Shown in pieces: positions 1 through 10,577 of a stretch of DNA of 56,014 nucleotides. Made by a program: the position numbers and the translations under genes. The stretch is from positions 1-56,014 of the IMG/VR virus record IMGVR_UViG_3300024265_000059. One strand, given 5' to 3'. Position 1 is the first letter of the stretch. The number at the start of each line of letters is the position of its first letter. This DNA comes from a virus. Its lineage: Duplodnaviria; Caudoviricetes. The notes below the pieces were generated by a model. That model searched no databases. It saw only the letters and a list, made by a program, of their open reading frames with translations, and was not told the origin of the DNA.

Positions 1-1029
1 ATTACGGGAGCGGAAGGTGTTGACGAGATCATAGCCAACATCGAAGAACCAATATTTGAATTCACAGGAGACATCATGGATCAAGGCGCAACTGTTGTGT
101 CCTTGGGTCAAATATTTGAAGAATCAATGAAGACCCTGTCCGAAACACCACAGGATATAATAGGGTTGCCCACAGGATTTCCCGCGTGGGATGAGGCTAT
201 CGGTGGTGGTTTGAGACCAGCTACGGTTAATGTAGTGGGGGCCAGGGCGAAGGTTGGAAAATCATTTTTCTGCATGAACGTAGCTCGCAACATAGCCGAG
301 AATAACATACCGGTCCTGTACTTAGACACAGAATTGACCAGTGATATGCAACTTCACAGATTGACATCTCTCGTAACGAAAGTAGAATTGAATCACATAG
401 AGACTGGCCAGTTCGTTAAGAATCATCACGAATCAGATGCTGTCTGGGGTTGCAAAGAACACATCAAAGAACTAACGATTGATCACTTCTCTGTTGCTGG
501 TATGTCTCCGCAAGCTATTATGTCAATAGCAAGACGATGGTTGTCGAAGACTGTTGGCTTCACAGACAGTGGAGCAGCGAAGCCGTGTCTTATAATATAC
601 GACTACATAAAGCTTATGAACGACGGTAGCTTCAAAAACAACCTGCAAGAATATCAACTACTAGGTTTTTTGATAACTGCACTACACAACTTCGCAGTCA
701 AATTCAAACTTCCTGTTCTGGCTACTGTTCAGTTAAACAGAGATGGTGTTGAGAAAGAGGGTTCAGAGGTAGTGTCTGGATCGGATAGAATCATTTGGCT
801 ATGTTCTAACTTCACCATATTAAAGCCCAAATCACAATCAGAACTAAACGAAGACCCACAATACAACGGCACCAAAAAACTCATCGTGACAGCTACCAGA
901 AATGGTTGTGGAATGGAGGACGGTGAATACGTCAACGTCATAGATGAATTGTCTGTGGGTAAACTTTCGGAAGGAAAATCATTTTCTGCCGTAGCGCATC
1001 AAGCATTGGAGAACCAAGCTAGTGAGTAA
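1..1029 (+). CDS. dnaB: Replicative DNA helicase, DnaB family (5'-truncated by window edge)
   Basis: Frame open from base 1; GLPTGF..WDEAIGGGL, Walker A GARAKVGKS, YLDTEL, IIYDYIKLM, VQLNR motifs. Confidence 0.92.
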   Translation: MTGAEGVDEIIANIEEPIFEFTGDIMDQGATVVSLGQIFEESMKTLSETPQDIIGLPTGFPAWDEAIGGGLRPATVNVVGARAKVGKSFFCMNVARNIAENNIPVLYLDTELTSDMQLHRLTSLVTKVELNHIETGQFVKNHHESDAVWGCKEHIKELTIDHFSVAGMSPQAIMSIARRWLSKTVGFTDSGAAKPCLIIYDYIKLMNDGSFKNNLQEYQLLGFLITALHNFAVKFKLPVLATVQLNRDGVEKEGSEVVSGSDRIIWLCSNFTILKPKSQSELNEDPQYNGTKKLIVTATRNGCGMEDGEYVNVIDELSVGKLSEGKSFSAVAHQALENQASE

Positions 1030-2185
1030 GTTTGAGCCATTGAATGTGGACTTTATTCAGGATCGTGCCTGCGAACGCATAACGGAAGTGTTCGATGCTC
1101 TAGGCATAGAATACACAGAACGGCACGATTATATACAAAGCGCATGTCCAGTCCACGGTGGAGAAAATCAAAGGGCACTGTTTTGGGCCATTAGATCGAA
1201 CCACTGGCAATGCAAAACCAGGGGTTGTCACAGAGACCCTATTACAGGCGTATCTAACAGTGTTTTTGGATTGGTAAGAGGTGCTATGAGCCTCAAAACA
1301 GGGCATAAGTGGGATTTCAGGCAAGCAGTTAATTTTGTCACGCAAGCCTTGGGTCTAAAAGACTGTCCAGAAGATACGGCTACGGCACAGGATATTGAGA
1401 TAGCTAAGATGCTGAAGATTCACAGGAAAAATCAGGCACTACCAAAAGACCATGGCGCATTACTGTCTGAAACAATTAAACATCTCAGACCTGACCAAGT
1501 ATATTATCCCCATAGAGGCATTTCGCCCGATCTCATTGCTAAGTACCATATATCATTCTGCAACACTAGGGGTAAGCCGATGTACAAACGAGCATTTTTT
1601 CCCATCCTCGACGATAAGGGAAGATACATAGTTGGGTGGTCCGGAAGAAGTATCTATGACAAATGCCCAAGATGCAAAATGCATCACCATCCCGATCGCG
1701 AATCATGTCCTAACCCTAGCTACAAAGGATTGTATACCAAATGGAAACACTCTAACGATTTTCATGCTGAGAAATGCCTGTATAACATATGGTACGCGAA
1801 ATCATTCATAAGCAGAACAGGTGTTGTCATTCTTTGTGAAGGGCCTGGGGATGTATGGGCATACGAAGCGGCGGGTATTAAAAACAGCGTAGCACTGCTC
1901 GGTACTAGCATGTCCCGCCAACAGAGACTCATGCTTCAGAACGCTGGGGCGCTAACCATTATATGCACTTTCGACAACGATGAATCAGGACAGAAGGCAA
2001 TGGAAAGGATGGAAAAAGAGTTGACTCACTACTTCAGGGTATTCTGTGTCACGCCCACAACTGTAAACGACATAGGTGATATGTTTAGTGGGGACATATT
2101 GTCTCAAATTGGTCCCATTTTGCAACAAGCGTCTAGGGCTGAAATGCTGTCAGACGACTATACTGTGGAGAAAGTATATGACTGA
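1022..2185 (+). CDS. dnaG: DNA primase, DnaG type (Zn finger + TOPRIM)
   Basis: CPVH..C..C N-terminal Zn finger, FPILD..G.IVGWSGR, LCEGPGD and FDNDESG TOPRIM motifs; follows the helicase. Confidence 0.9.
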   Translation: MSKFEPLNVDFIQDRACERITEVFDALGIEYTERHDYIQSACPVHGGENQRALFWAIRSNHWQCKTRGCHRDPITGVSNSVFGLVRGAMSLKTGHKWDFRQAVNFVTQALGLKDCPEDTATAQDIEIAKMLKIHRKNQALPKDHGALLSETIKHLRPDQVYYPHRGISPDLIAKYHISFCNTRGKPMYKRAFFPILDDKGRYIVGWSGRSIYDKCPRCKMHHHPDRESCPNPSYKGLYTKWKHSNDFHAEKCLYNIWYAKSFISRTGVVILCEGPGDVWAYEAAGIKNSVALLGTSMSRQQRLMLQNAGALTIICTFDNDESGQKAMERMEKELTHYFRVFCVTPTTVNDIGDMFSGDILSQIGPILQQASRAEMLSDDYTVEKVYD

Positions 2186-2804
2186 GAAATTCGGGAAAAT
2201 TGAAGACTCTGGTGAAAGACGTGGATTTGATACCGGAGCTAAGCGGGATGTAGATGGAGACAAGCCGAGATTCGATCTTATCCCTATTACCGTCCTGCAA
2301 AGAGTCGTGCGATGTTATGAGAATTTTGATCTATCAGAAATCGTGAGCAAGGATATTTCTGACAAACTGAAAGCACGAATAATGAACCTTGGTTTTTCGT
2401 GGGGGGCCTACCCTCTTGACGACACTCTTCTGGAGATAATCTGGATTTGCCTTGAAGTTATCGAACTACAAGAAAACGACAATGTTCTGTCAACTAATTC
2501 AAAGTCGTTCTGTGGATTTCACGCAATATCTGCCAAGACATATCTTAGGATAGCTAATCACTATGGTGGTGGAGCCAAGAAGTATGATCCATGGAACTGG
2601 TCCAAGGGAATGCCATTTAGTGTGTTTCATGCCAGCTTAATGCGACATATTTTCAAGATCATAGACAACGAAGTAAACGAAGATCATTGGAGTGCGATAT
2701 TCTTCAATGCAGCGGCTATCTTACATTTCAGGATGGTCGGTCGAGTGGATATGGATGATGTTACTCCAAGACTAGAAGAGTGGGGAGACTATGCGAGTAG
2801 TTAG
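2178..2804 (+). CDS. dATP/dGTP diphosphohydrolase-like protein (DUF5664-like)
   Basis: TGAKRD...KPRFDLIP and GAKKY..WNW.KG....ASLMRH...EDHW.A..FN motifs; ATG 2178 overlaps the primase stop. Confidence 0.7.
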   Translation: MTEKFGKIEDSGERRGFDTGAKRDVDGDKPRFDLIPITVLQRVVRCYENFDLSEIVSKDISDKLKARIMNLGFSWGAYPLDDTLLEIIWICLEVIELQENDNVLSTNSKSFCGFHAISAKTYLRIANHYGGGAKKYDPWNWSKGMPFSVFHASLMRHIFKIIDNEVNEDHWSAIFFNAAAILHFRMVGRVDMDDVTPRLEEWGDYASS

Positions 2805-3747
2805 ATGTAGTTCATCTGCCATAAATCTGTATAATCATTGTCCATTTTCGTATTTCATGCAGTACATATTAGGCATGGAATCGCAGTCTGGGAAAGCTGC
2901 GCTTCAAGGGAGCATAGTACATCAGACTCTAGAGTGGATGATTCTCTTGAGTAAACATGGGAAAACTAATGTTGATCCCATGTGGCTACTGCATCGTGCT
3001 TGGGACGAACTCGTTGTTAAGTCTCCGACTATCAGTATTCGTAAGATAACTACAAGACTTGATAGAGAGACTGGACGCCACAAGGAAGCGGCAGATTTCA
3101 AGAAGTGTCGTGTTGCTCTGGAGCATATTCTGGCAAACGAATTTTACAATCCGTATAATTTGACAAAGATAATTTGTGTAGAACAGTGGTTCGCGTTGGA
3201 AATACCAGGAGAAGAGTGGAAGTGCCTGGACAAGGAAAACAAAGAACACCAATTTGCCATTCGTGGTTTGATAGACTTAGTACACGAGATCGACGAAGAT
3301 ACAATAGAAATCGTAGACTGGAAAACAGGTAAGAAAAAAAGCTTCTATACGCAAATAGATATCGACGAAGCAGTGTTGATGCGGGAAGTTCAGCCGAGGC
3401 TGTACCATCTCGCGGCATTCGATTTGTACCCACAATACAAAAATATATGGGTTACCTTCTATTACTGCAACGATGGTGGTCCAGTGACTATATCTCTTTC
3501 TCGTGATGATATACCTCTGACTATAGCTAGCCTTCACCGTTTTTTGACAACAGTTAGCAAGGATACGCTGATTCGTAGGAACCGTTCATGGAAATGCCGG
3601 ATGTGTAGTTTTGAGAAGAATAGTACGTGCCATAAGGTGTGGTCTGATTTGCACACCTTGGGGGGCGAATACGTTGAGCAGAAGTATGCAGACTTGACAT
3701 TTGAAGGCCAGCAACTAATTGGGAAGACAGAGGAATTAGATGTCTAA
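2791..3747 (+). CDS. PD-(D/E)XK nuclease (RecB/Cas4-like)
   Basis: S.S.I..Y..CP, G..VH..LE, RGLIDLV, IVDWKTG, Q..LY, C-terminal CRMC. Confidence 0.85.
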   Translation: MRVVRCSSSAINLYNHCPFSYFMQYILGMESQSGKAALQGSIVHQTLEWMILLSKHGKTNVDPMWLLHRAWDELVVKSPTISIRKITTRLDRETGRHKEAADFKKCRVALEHILANEFYNPYNLTKIICVEQWFALEIPGEEWKCLDKENKEHQFAIRGLIDLVHEIDEDTIEIVDWKTGKKKSFYTQIDIDEAVLMREVQPRLYHLAAFDLYPQYKNIWVTFYYCNDGGPVTISLSRDDIPLTIASLHRFLTTVSKDTLIRRNRSWKCRMCSFEKNSTCHKVWSDLHTLGGEYVEQKYADLTFEGQQLIGKTEELDV

Positions 3748-6115
3748 CCTCAAGGAAAAAAGCAAGATGAGTAAGAAAACTTATTGTCCCCTCCACGTAC
3801 ACTCTTTCTACTCGCTACTGGATGGCTTGTCTTCTCCGAAAGCCCTCGTAAAGAGATGTGTTGAACTTGGTCTGCCGGGTTGCGCGATAACTGACCACGG
3901 TAGCATAAGTGCCATGAAATCATTTTATGATGCATGTAGAAAAGCAAAAATCAAACCCGTCATTGGGTGCGAGATGTACATCTGTTTGCAGGATGCCACG
4001 ATCAAGAATAACGACAACAATAAGCGACACCACTTAATAGTGCTGGCCAAAAACGACCAAGGCATAAAAGACCTGATGTCTTTGGTTAGCGAATCCAATA
4101 AGCCGGAACACTTCTACAGGAAACCTCGTATCAGTATGGAAGGTCTTGCTCCGTTTGCGAGCAAGGGCAACCTCATTCTTCTGTCTGCGTGTATCGGTGG
4201 AGAACTACCCTCTAGCTTGTTCACCGATTTCAAAGCGGCGTGCAGCCTAAGTGAACATGGTGGCGAAACCAATCTATTACAAGTCCGAGCGTGTCTAAAG
4301 CCAGATTGGAAAGAAGTTGGTAAAGAGATCATAAAGAGATTTGTTACCATAGCTGGCGAAGGTAACTTCTATCTTGAACTTCAGGACGAAGGCATGTCTG
4401 TCCAGACTGTGGTTACGGAATGTTTGAGAATATTGGGTGAAGAGACAGGAATTCCTACAGTAGCAACTATAGATGCTCATTACGCATCTAAGAAAGATGC
4501 AGAAGATCAAAGACTACTTCTATATGCGCAACTACACACCACAAAAGAAGATCAGGCTCGCAAACAACAGCAGGGTATAGACATAATGGACTTTTTTGTG
4601 TCGGACGAATATTTCATACCTTCCTATGAAGAAATGAGGAAAAGATTCACAGAGGAAGAACTTCAGGCGTCCGTAGACATAGTCGACACCATCAATTACT
4701 CGGAACTTGGACATGATCCTTATCTGCCGATTTTCACAAATAAAGAATCAGAGAAGTTGGGATTGAATTCCAATGATTATCTGAAGCATCTTTGTATAGA
4801 AGGTGCCAAGGTGAAGTTGTCACACCTTGATGGTGCCCAAAAGAAAGTCTATTGGGACAGGCTACAAAGAGAACTGATCGTTATTGCAGAAGCGAAACTG
4901 GCTGATTACTTCTTGATAGTATGGGATGCATGTCGATTTGTCGATAGCAAAAACGGGCCTAGAGGCAAAGGTCGAGGGTCTGGCGCTGGTTCACTAATCA
5001 ACTACCTTACAGGTATCACTGGTATTGATCCGATCGAATACGGTCTGTATTTTGAGAGATTCTACAACATGAGTCGTAACATCCCTCCACACTTTGATGT
5101 TGGTTCGGTAGACTTCATGTCGTGGATGTCAGACAATTTCGAATTATTACACACTAGGGATACAGACGAAGAGAGAAAAGCGGTATCTCTACATTTGGCA
5201 AGACGGATAAATGGGGGCAAGGTCAAGTTCACCGCCGCGATGAAGGCAGAAGTTGAATGGATCGACGCCAAGAATCAACGGATGTGGATGTATCTATATG
5301 ACATGATTCAGGGTAAACCGGCTTCAAATCCTTCTAATTCGCATCTGGCATACGGTCTTGGCATAACGATTGCTGAGCAAAATGAGCTAGATATCGATCG
5401 CAAGGTCAAAACCCATGACGGTCATATTAGTTTACCAGATATCGACACTGATATCGGCGTTGTGTTCCGTAGTGAGGTTATCGCCTATCTAAAAGAGAGA
5501 TGGGGAGAGGATTATGTAGCTCAAATGATCACGTTCGGTCGCTTACAGGGCAAGGCAGCGCTGAAAGAAGTGTTCCGTGCTCAGCCCGATCTGGTCAGGC
5601 ATCTGATGAAGGTCAAAGCACTCAAGGAAGGCAAAGATGTCACAGATATCAGTACGACACCACACGATCTGTGTAACGAAATAACACGATACATACCCGA
5701 CGAAGCTTCAATCGCAGATGAGTTGAGACAAGCCAGGAATGAGCAGGGAGATGATTATGGCATTCTGCAATGGGCTATACATCACGTAGATCAAGTTCAG
5801 GATGCTTATGAGTGGTACAAACCGTTGTTTGACCAAGCTATGAGAATTGAAGGTACCAAAAAGTCCCAGTCAAAACACGCCGCTGGCGTTGTCATAGCCG
5901 ACAGACCGATAGAAGGACTTGTTCCGTTAGCCTACGATGCTAAGAATAAGGATCGTGTCGTTGGTCTAGAGATGGCAAACGCAGAAGCCCTGGGCGCTGT
6001 CAAGTTCGACTTCTTGGGCGTTGTTGCTCTGGACAAATTGTGGGAAGCCCAAGATTTGATCAACGGTAAACTGTCGAACAAGGTATTGGACGAAGAATTT
6101 GTGGAGACCGAATGA
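3740..6115 (+). CDS. dnaE: DNA polymerase III alpha, N-terminal half (PHP + palm) of a split dnaE
   Basis: LHVHSFYSLLDG, AITDHG, GRGSGAGSL, FERF, PDIDTD, HAAGVVI, KFDFLG; ends shortly after KFDFLG. Confidence 0.93.
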   Translation: MSNLKEKSKMSKKTYCPLHVHSFYSLLDGLSSPKALVKRCVELGLPGCAITDHGSISAMKSFYDACRKAKIKPVIGCEMYICLQDATIKNNDNNKRHHLIVLAKNDQGIKDLMSLVSESNKPEHFYRKPRISMEGLAPFASKGNLILLSACIGGELPSSLFTDFKAACSLSEHGGETNLLQVRACLKPDWKEVGKEIIKRFVTIAGEGNFYLELQDEGMSVQTVVTECLRILGEETGIPTVATIDAHYASKKDAEDQRLLLYAQLHTTKEDQARKQQQGIDIMDFFVSDEYFIPSYEEMRKRFTEEELQASVDIVDTINYSELGHDPYLPIFTNKESEKLGLNSNDYLKHLCIEGAKVKLSHLDGAQKKVYWDRLQRELIVIAEAKLADYFLIVWDACRFVDSKNGPRGKGRGSGAGSLINYLTGITGIDPIEYGLYFERFYNMSRNIPPHFDVGSVDFMSWMSDNFELLHTRDTDEERKAVSLHLARRINGGKVKFTAAMKAEVEWIDAKNQRMWMYLYDMIQGKPASNPSNSHLAYGLGITIAEQNELDIDRKVKTHDGHISLPDIDTDIGVVFRSEVIAYLKERWGEDYVAQMITFGRLQGKAALKEVFRAQPDLVRHLMKVKALKEGKDVTDISTTPHDLCNEITRYIPDEASIADELRQARNEQGDDYGILQWAIHHVDQVQDAYEWYKPLFDQAMRIEGTKKSQSKHAAGVVIADRPIEGLVPLAYDAKNKDRVVGLEMANAEALGAVKFDFLGVVALDKLWEAQDLINGKLSNKVLDEEFVETE

Positions 6116-6852
6116 TGAGACACAAGGTTACTCTGATTGTCAAAACATTCGAAAGACCGCAATGTATCAAACGTCTCATCTACAGTGTGAAGATGAAATA
6201 CCCTAATATCCGAATAGTGGTTGCGGACGACAGCAGAGAGTTTAGTTCTCTTTCTGGTGTTGATGAACATATTAGAATGCCCTACGACAGTGGAGTTTCA
6301 GCAGGAAGGAATTTAGCCCTCAGTAAGGTTGATACCCCGTTCGTTGTGACACTCGATGACGACTTTGTCTTCAATGAAAAAACAAACCTAGAGAAATGGC
6401 TTAATATCCTAGAAACGACTAACCTAGATATGGTTGGCGGCAACGTAGCTGGACACCCGACCTACAACGCTAGTCTTCACATAGAAGACAACGCACTCGT
6501 GTTCAAACCAGAGCCAGTTGGATCAGAAGGTGATTTCCTTCTTTGGAATATAGTCCTTCAATTTTGGATGGGGAGAACAGACAAAATCAGAGAAATTGGC
6601 GGATGGGATGACGATTTCAAAACAGTAGATCACATCATCTTTTTCGCACGCTCGATTGGCAAATTGAAAATTGGTTATTGTCCATACGTCAGCGTAGGAC
6701 ACATGCAAATACAAGACCAAAAATACTATCAACACAGGAATGGACGAATGCAGCAATATTTACGACTACTCATGGAAAAGCTTGGAGTCAATCGGGTCAT
6801 AAATGTTTATGGAAGAACACTTTACACATATGATGGGCACGCGATACAGTAA
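6112..6852 (+). CDS. Glycosyltransferase family 2
   Basis: KTFERP, VVADDS, GVSAGRN, LDDDF, GGWD motifs. Confidence 0.85.
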   Translation: MMRHKVTLIVKTFERPQCIKRLIYSVKMKYPNIRIVVADDSREFSSLSGVDEHIRMPYDSGVSAGRNLALSKVDTPFVVTLDDDFVFNEKTNLEKWLNILETTNLDMVGGNVAGHPTYNASLHIEDNALVFKPEPVGSEGDFLLWNIVLQFWMGRTDKIREIGGWDDDFKTVDHIIFFARSIGKLKIGYCPYVSVGHMQIQDQKYYQHRNGRMQQYLRLLMEKLGVNRVINVYGRTLYTYDGHAIQ

Positions 6853-6867
6853 GAGGATACTATAGAT

Positions 6868-7641
6868 ATGAACGCAATGTACGCTGGGCCTTGGGTTGGT
6901 GAATTCGGATGGGAGTTGTGTTGGTGGAATCCAATGATACGACATTACTCTAAACAATATGGGTACACTACGATATCAGCACCAGAAAGTTCCCGATACC
7001 TGTATGAATTTGCCGATACTTTTATTCCACTCAAGACCAAGGGTATCACCTATTGGGAAGGGGAACTAGAAGGCGAATCTCCTGTTGTGACAGAACGATT
7101 TAGTATGACCCCAGAATATGAGTTTGCTCGACACATAAATGAACCAGATAGAGTGTCAGCAAGACGGTCGTGGAGATCGCTGGCACCAGAAAATCCTTTC
7201 AAGGTTGCGGATGTTTTGTGTGCTTTCCGTCCAGAGAAATACATTAGAAATCGTCTTATCCCTGGCAAGGAGTATCCCTTTCAAAAATGTCAGGATATAG
7301 TGAATCTGCTTATCACCAAGGGTTTGTCAGTAGCCTGTTTTGGCGGAACAGAGAATCACTGTCCGACAGGTGCTGTAGACCTGAGAGGTACGTCATTGGA
7401 AAAACAGTGCTCAGCTATCGCTGGGGCAAGATGTGTCGTTGGGCCAAGTAGTGGGCCGATCCACCTTGCCAGCTTGTGCGAGTGTCCACATGTTACATGG
7501 ATAGCGTCGATACATCATACGTTAGAACAACGGTACAAGAAACTATGGAATCCTTTTAATACCCCAGTAAGATTTGTCTGCCATAGTAGGATACCATCAT
7601 GTGAAGAGGTTGTAGAACACGCACTGGAGATTACAAGATGA
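6868..7641 (+). CDS. GT9 (heptosyltransferase)-like glycosyltransferase
   Basis: GEFGWEL; C-terminal DLRGTSL..AI..A..VVGPSSGPIHLASL typical of GT9. Confidence 0.65.
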   Translation: MNAMYAGPWVGEFGWELCWWNPMIRHYSKQYGYTTISAPESSRYLYEFADTFIPLKTKGITYWEGELEGESPVVTERFSMTPEYEFARHINEPDRVSARRSWRSLAPENPFKVADVLCAFRPEKYIRNRLIPGKEYPFQKCQDIVNLLITKGLSVACFGGTENHCPTGAVDLRGTSLEKQCSAIAGARCVVGPSSGPIHLASLCECPHVTWIASIHHTLEQRYKKLWNPFNTPVRFVCHSRIPSCEEVVEHALEITR

Positions 7642-8198
7642 AAGGACCAGACATACGGGACATTTCTATCATTGACGCTATGCCGACATACGAATGTGAT
7701 AATTATGTTTTGAATGTAGGTTGTGGGGATGGAAGGATAGACTATATTCTAAGTAGCATGGGATATGTAGTTTGCGCTACAGATTACAAAAAAAATGAGT
7801 CATGGGAAGAATCGGATGGATTGGAATTCTATCGAGCAGATATTTTCGATCTTGATACATTTAATAAATCTAGTCCTATTGTTATTTGTAGCGAAGTTTT
7901 GGAGCATCTAGAAAACTACAAGGTGGCTTTAGCGAATTTGCTTGTATTAACTCAGGTAAGACTAGTTATAACAGTACCTTTCAAGAAATCTTTCGACAAT
8001 GCCGCCCCGTCGCCAGAAGGACACTGCAACCACTGGGACGATTCACAAAATGGAGAATTCAAAGATATCAATGAATTCCGATCTTTGTGTCAACCATATT
8101 CTGTATCCATATCGAGAATTAGGACCAAACCAAAAGATGTGGCGATGAATCAATGGGCGTATTTAATAGTTGTCGACAAAAGACAAAAATACGGATAG
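7638..8198 (+). CDS. Class I SAM-dependent methyltransferase
   Basis: VLNVGCGDG, CSEVLEHL, ITVP. Confidence 0.85.
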   Translation: MKGPDIRDISIIDAMPTYECDNYVLNVGCGDGRIDYILSSMGYVVCATDYKKNESWEESDGLEFYRADIFDLDTFNKSSPIVICSEVLEHLENYKVALANLLVLTQVRLVITVPFKKSFDNAAPSPEGHCNHWDDSQNGEFKDINEFRSLCQPYSVSISRIRTKPKDVAMNQWAYLIVVDKRQKYG

Positions 8199-8212
8199 AT
8201 TGGAGACGAAAA

Positions 8213-8938
8213 ATGTCTGTAGCGATTAGCGAACGAACAGTAGAAGTTCCATGGCTTATGGATACGATCAGAAGTATTGATCCAAAAGAATTGTTGGATG
8301 TTGGATATGCTGGAGGATGGTATCTGAAAAACATTCTAGACATGGGTATTTCTTGTTACGGGTTAGATTCTGATGTTGAGAGAATGAGCGGCAGGACATT
8401 CAAGGTAGACAAAAAGAAGAAGGATGAATGGATAAAGATAGCCGAAAGAATGATTACTTGCATAGCAGACATAACTAAGTACCCCGAAGCTGGCCAGGAC
8501 AATCTGGCATTTCCTGTCGTCATGTGTATCTCTACGATAGAACATATCGTACCTTGCGGGTACCAAAATGATTCTGAAGTAGACATGGAATCAGACATAA
8601 TAGCTGCAACTAATATGAAAAAACTTGTTGCAGATGATGGGTCGTTGATGTTGACGTTTCCTTGTGGTGTGGAACATTTTTTCTACAACAAGAACAGAAA
8701 GACCCCACTAAATCATCCGAAATTCACGGCAGGAAATTACGACCTGATGGTCTATGGGCGAGAAAGAATTGATATGTTGGTAGGGGATTGGAAAGTAGTA
8801 GACAAACAATTCTGGACCCGACAGAGTGGCGTAGGAAGTAGCTTCGAAAAATGTGACGAAGATATAGCATTACGCAAGGTTCCCATTGTAAACATACCGG
8901 TACAATCAGTTTGCGCTATCAGGATGGTGGCACCATGA
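8213..8938 (+). CDS. SAM-dependent methyltransferase-like protein
   Basis: ERTVEVPW, LLDVG, CISTIEHI, G.L.LTFP; GGAG SD before ATG 8213. Confidence 0.7.
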   Translation: MSVAISERTVEVPWLMDTIRSIDPKELLDVGYAGGWYLKNILDMGISCYGLDSDVERMSGRTFKVDKKKKDEWIKIAERMITCIADITKYPEAGQDNLAFPVVMCISTIEHIVPCGYQNDSEVDMESDIIAATNMKKLVADDGSLMLTFPCGVEHFFYNKNRKTPLNHPKFTAGNYDLMVYGRERIDMLVGDWKVVDKQFWTRQSGVGSSFEKCDEDIALRKVPIVNIPVQSVCAIRMVAP

Positions 8939-9912
8939 TAGACCTAATGAATTTTGAAGATACAAAAGCACTCGTCGTCGGAGACTTGATGCTCGATATC
9001 TACAAGTACGGTACTGTATCTCGCATATCTCCAGAAGCGCCGGTTCCTGTGGTCCTAGTTACTCATGAGACTGTATCTGCGGGCGGCGCTGCTAATGTCG
9101 CAGTAAACCTTAAAGGGCTAGGCTGTCAAGTTGAACTCATAGGATATATGGGTGACGACCATGCTGGGGATATGCTGGAAGATGAACTAGACAAGAACGG
9201 CGTTTTGCACAGACATTCCGTGGCATCAAATACTTCTACCATATCAAAAACTCGTGTCATTTCAGATAAACAACACATGATACGCTACGACGACGATTCT
9301 AACATAAACACACACATGCATCGACAAGTGCATGAACGTTCATTGATCCATAAAATAACAGCGATAAGTCAAAAGAAAACGTTTGATGTTGTCGTTGTTT
9401 CGGACTACGCGAAAGGGACAATTACCAAAGAGGTAATGGACACAATTAAAGCCTCATTCGAATGTCCAATTGTATGCGACATCAAACCCGCCAATAAGCA
9501 TCTGTTCACAGGAGTGTTTTGTGTCGCACCGAATCTGGCGGAAGCTATCAAGATGTCTCCAGATAACGATTCTACCCTCAAAGGTCTAGCAAAGGCGATC
9601 AAAGACGATCTTGGTTTGCTCACGGTAATGATCACGCTGTCCCAGAATGGTCTTTTCCTTCTTGATGAGAAAGATGAACCACATTTATTCAAGCCTCATG
9701 TTGCAGTTTACAAAAATGACCCCAGTGGTGCGATAGACGTGACAGGGGCTGGAGATACAGTCCTTAGTACTTTTGCGTCTTGCATAGCAAGCGGATATAC
9801 AACAGAGGAATCAGCGCTTCTAGGCAATCTTGCTGCTGGAGTTGTCGTCAGAAAACCCGGCACTGCTGTGTGCTCAGTGGAAGAATTGAAAAATGCATAC
9901 CTACAGTTGTAG
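8935..9912 (+). CDS. rfaE: D-glycero-beta-D-manno-heptose-7-phosphate kinase (HldE/RfaE domain I, PfkB family)
   Basis: VVGDLMLD.Y.YG.VSRISPEAPVPVV, GGAANVA, SDYAKG, DVTGAGDTV, AAGVVV.K.GTA; kinase domain only. Confidence 0.9.
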   Translation: MIDLMNFEDTKALVVGDLMLDIYKYGTVSRISPEAPVPVVLVTHETVSAGGAANVAVNLKGLGCQVELIGYMGDDHAGDMLEDELDKNGVLHRHSVASNTSTISKTRVISDKQHMIRYDDDSNINTHMHRQVHERSLIHKITAISQKKTFDVVVVSDYAKGTITKEVMDTIKASFECPIVCDIKPANKHLFTGVFCVAPNLAEAIKMSPDNDSTLKGLAKAIKDDLGLLTVMITLSQNGLFLLDEKDEPHLFKPHVAVYKNDPSGAIDVTGAGDTVLSTFASCIASGYTTEESALLGNLAAGVVVRKPGTAVCSVEELKNAYLQL

Positions 9913-10576
9913 CGGCACGCTTGGCGATACATACATCAATCTATGCATCCTGTACAATATCGCTATCAAAGAGGCGGTATTGTGCAAACATTACACGGTG
10001 GTACCCCAGTGGCACTCGTTGATCGAACAGATATACTCATTGCTTCCAAATATTCGTGTTGAATTTGTATCAGAAAGATCAACGTCGCACCCTAGAATAC
10101 ATTCGGCATTCTCGCATCAAGAAAAATACGGAGATGAATTTACTCGACCAGATGAATGGTGTGTTTTGCCTGAGTTTGTTTTTCCGAAAACAGAAATCGA
10201 ACTTCCAGATAGATATACGGTTATGAATCCTCAATCTGGAAAACCTAAAGAGAATAGACACATTGAGGGAAAATCTATACACGAGATACTCAAAACATCC
10301 GTAGACCCAGTTGTCGTAATAGGAACAGAAAAAAAACACAAAGACATACTAGGGGCAAATGTAATTAACATCGTTGGCAAAACTTCTCTGTTGGAAGCCA
10401 TGTCTATTGTCAGCAAAGCTAGTCATTTTTGTGGATTTCAGGGTCTTATGTCTTTCGTGGCAATGAGCCATCGAGTCCAGAGTGACGTGTACGCAAGAAA
10501 TGAAAGTGACATCCAGGCAATATTCGCGAGAATGCCTGAGCGGTGGAAACAGTATTGTTCGATAGTGAGGGATTGA
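9893..10576 (+). CDS. GT9-like glycosyltransferase
   Basis: GTLGD N-terminus; INIVGKTSLLEAMSIV..A..F.G..G motif. Confidence 0.65.
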   Translation: MHTYSCSGTLGDTYINLCILYNIAIKEAVLCKHYTVVPQWHSLIEQIYSLLPNIRVEFVSERSTSHPRIHSAFSHQEKYGDEFTRPDEWCVLPEFVFPKTEIELPDRYTVMNPQSGKPKENRHIEGKSIHEILKTSVDPVVVIGTEKKHKDILGANVINIVGKTSLLEAMSIVSKASHFCGFQGLMSFVAMSHRVQSDVYARNESDIQAIFARMPERWKQYCSIVRD

Positions 10577-10577
10577 T

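Noticed and set aside
2791-3747. CRISPR-Cas locus (Cas4-like nuclease)
   Set aside because: No repeat-spacer array or other cas genes seen; a stand-alone phage nuclease in the replication module.
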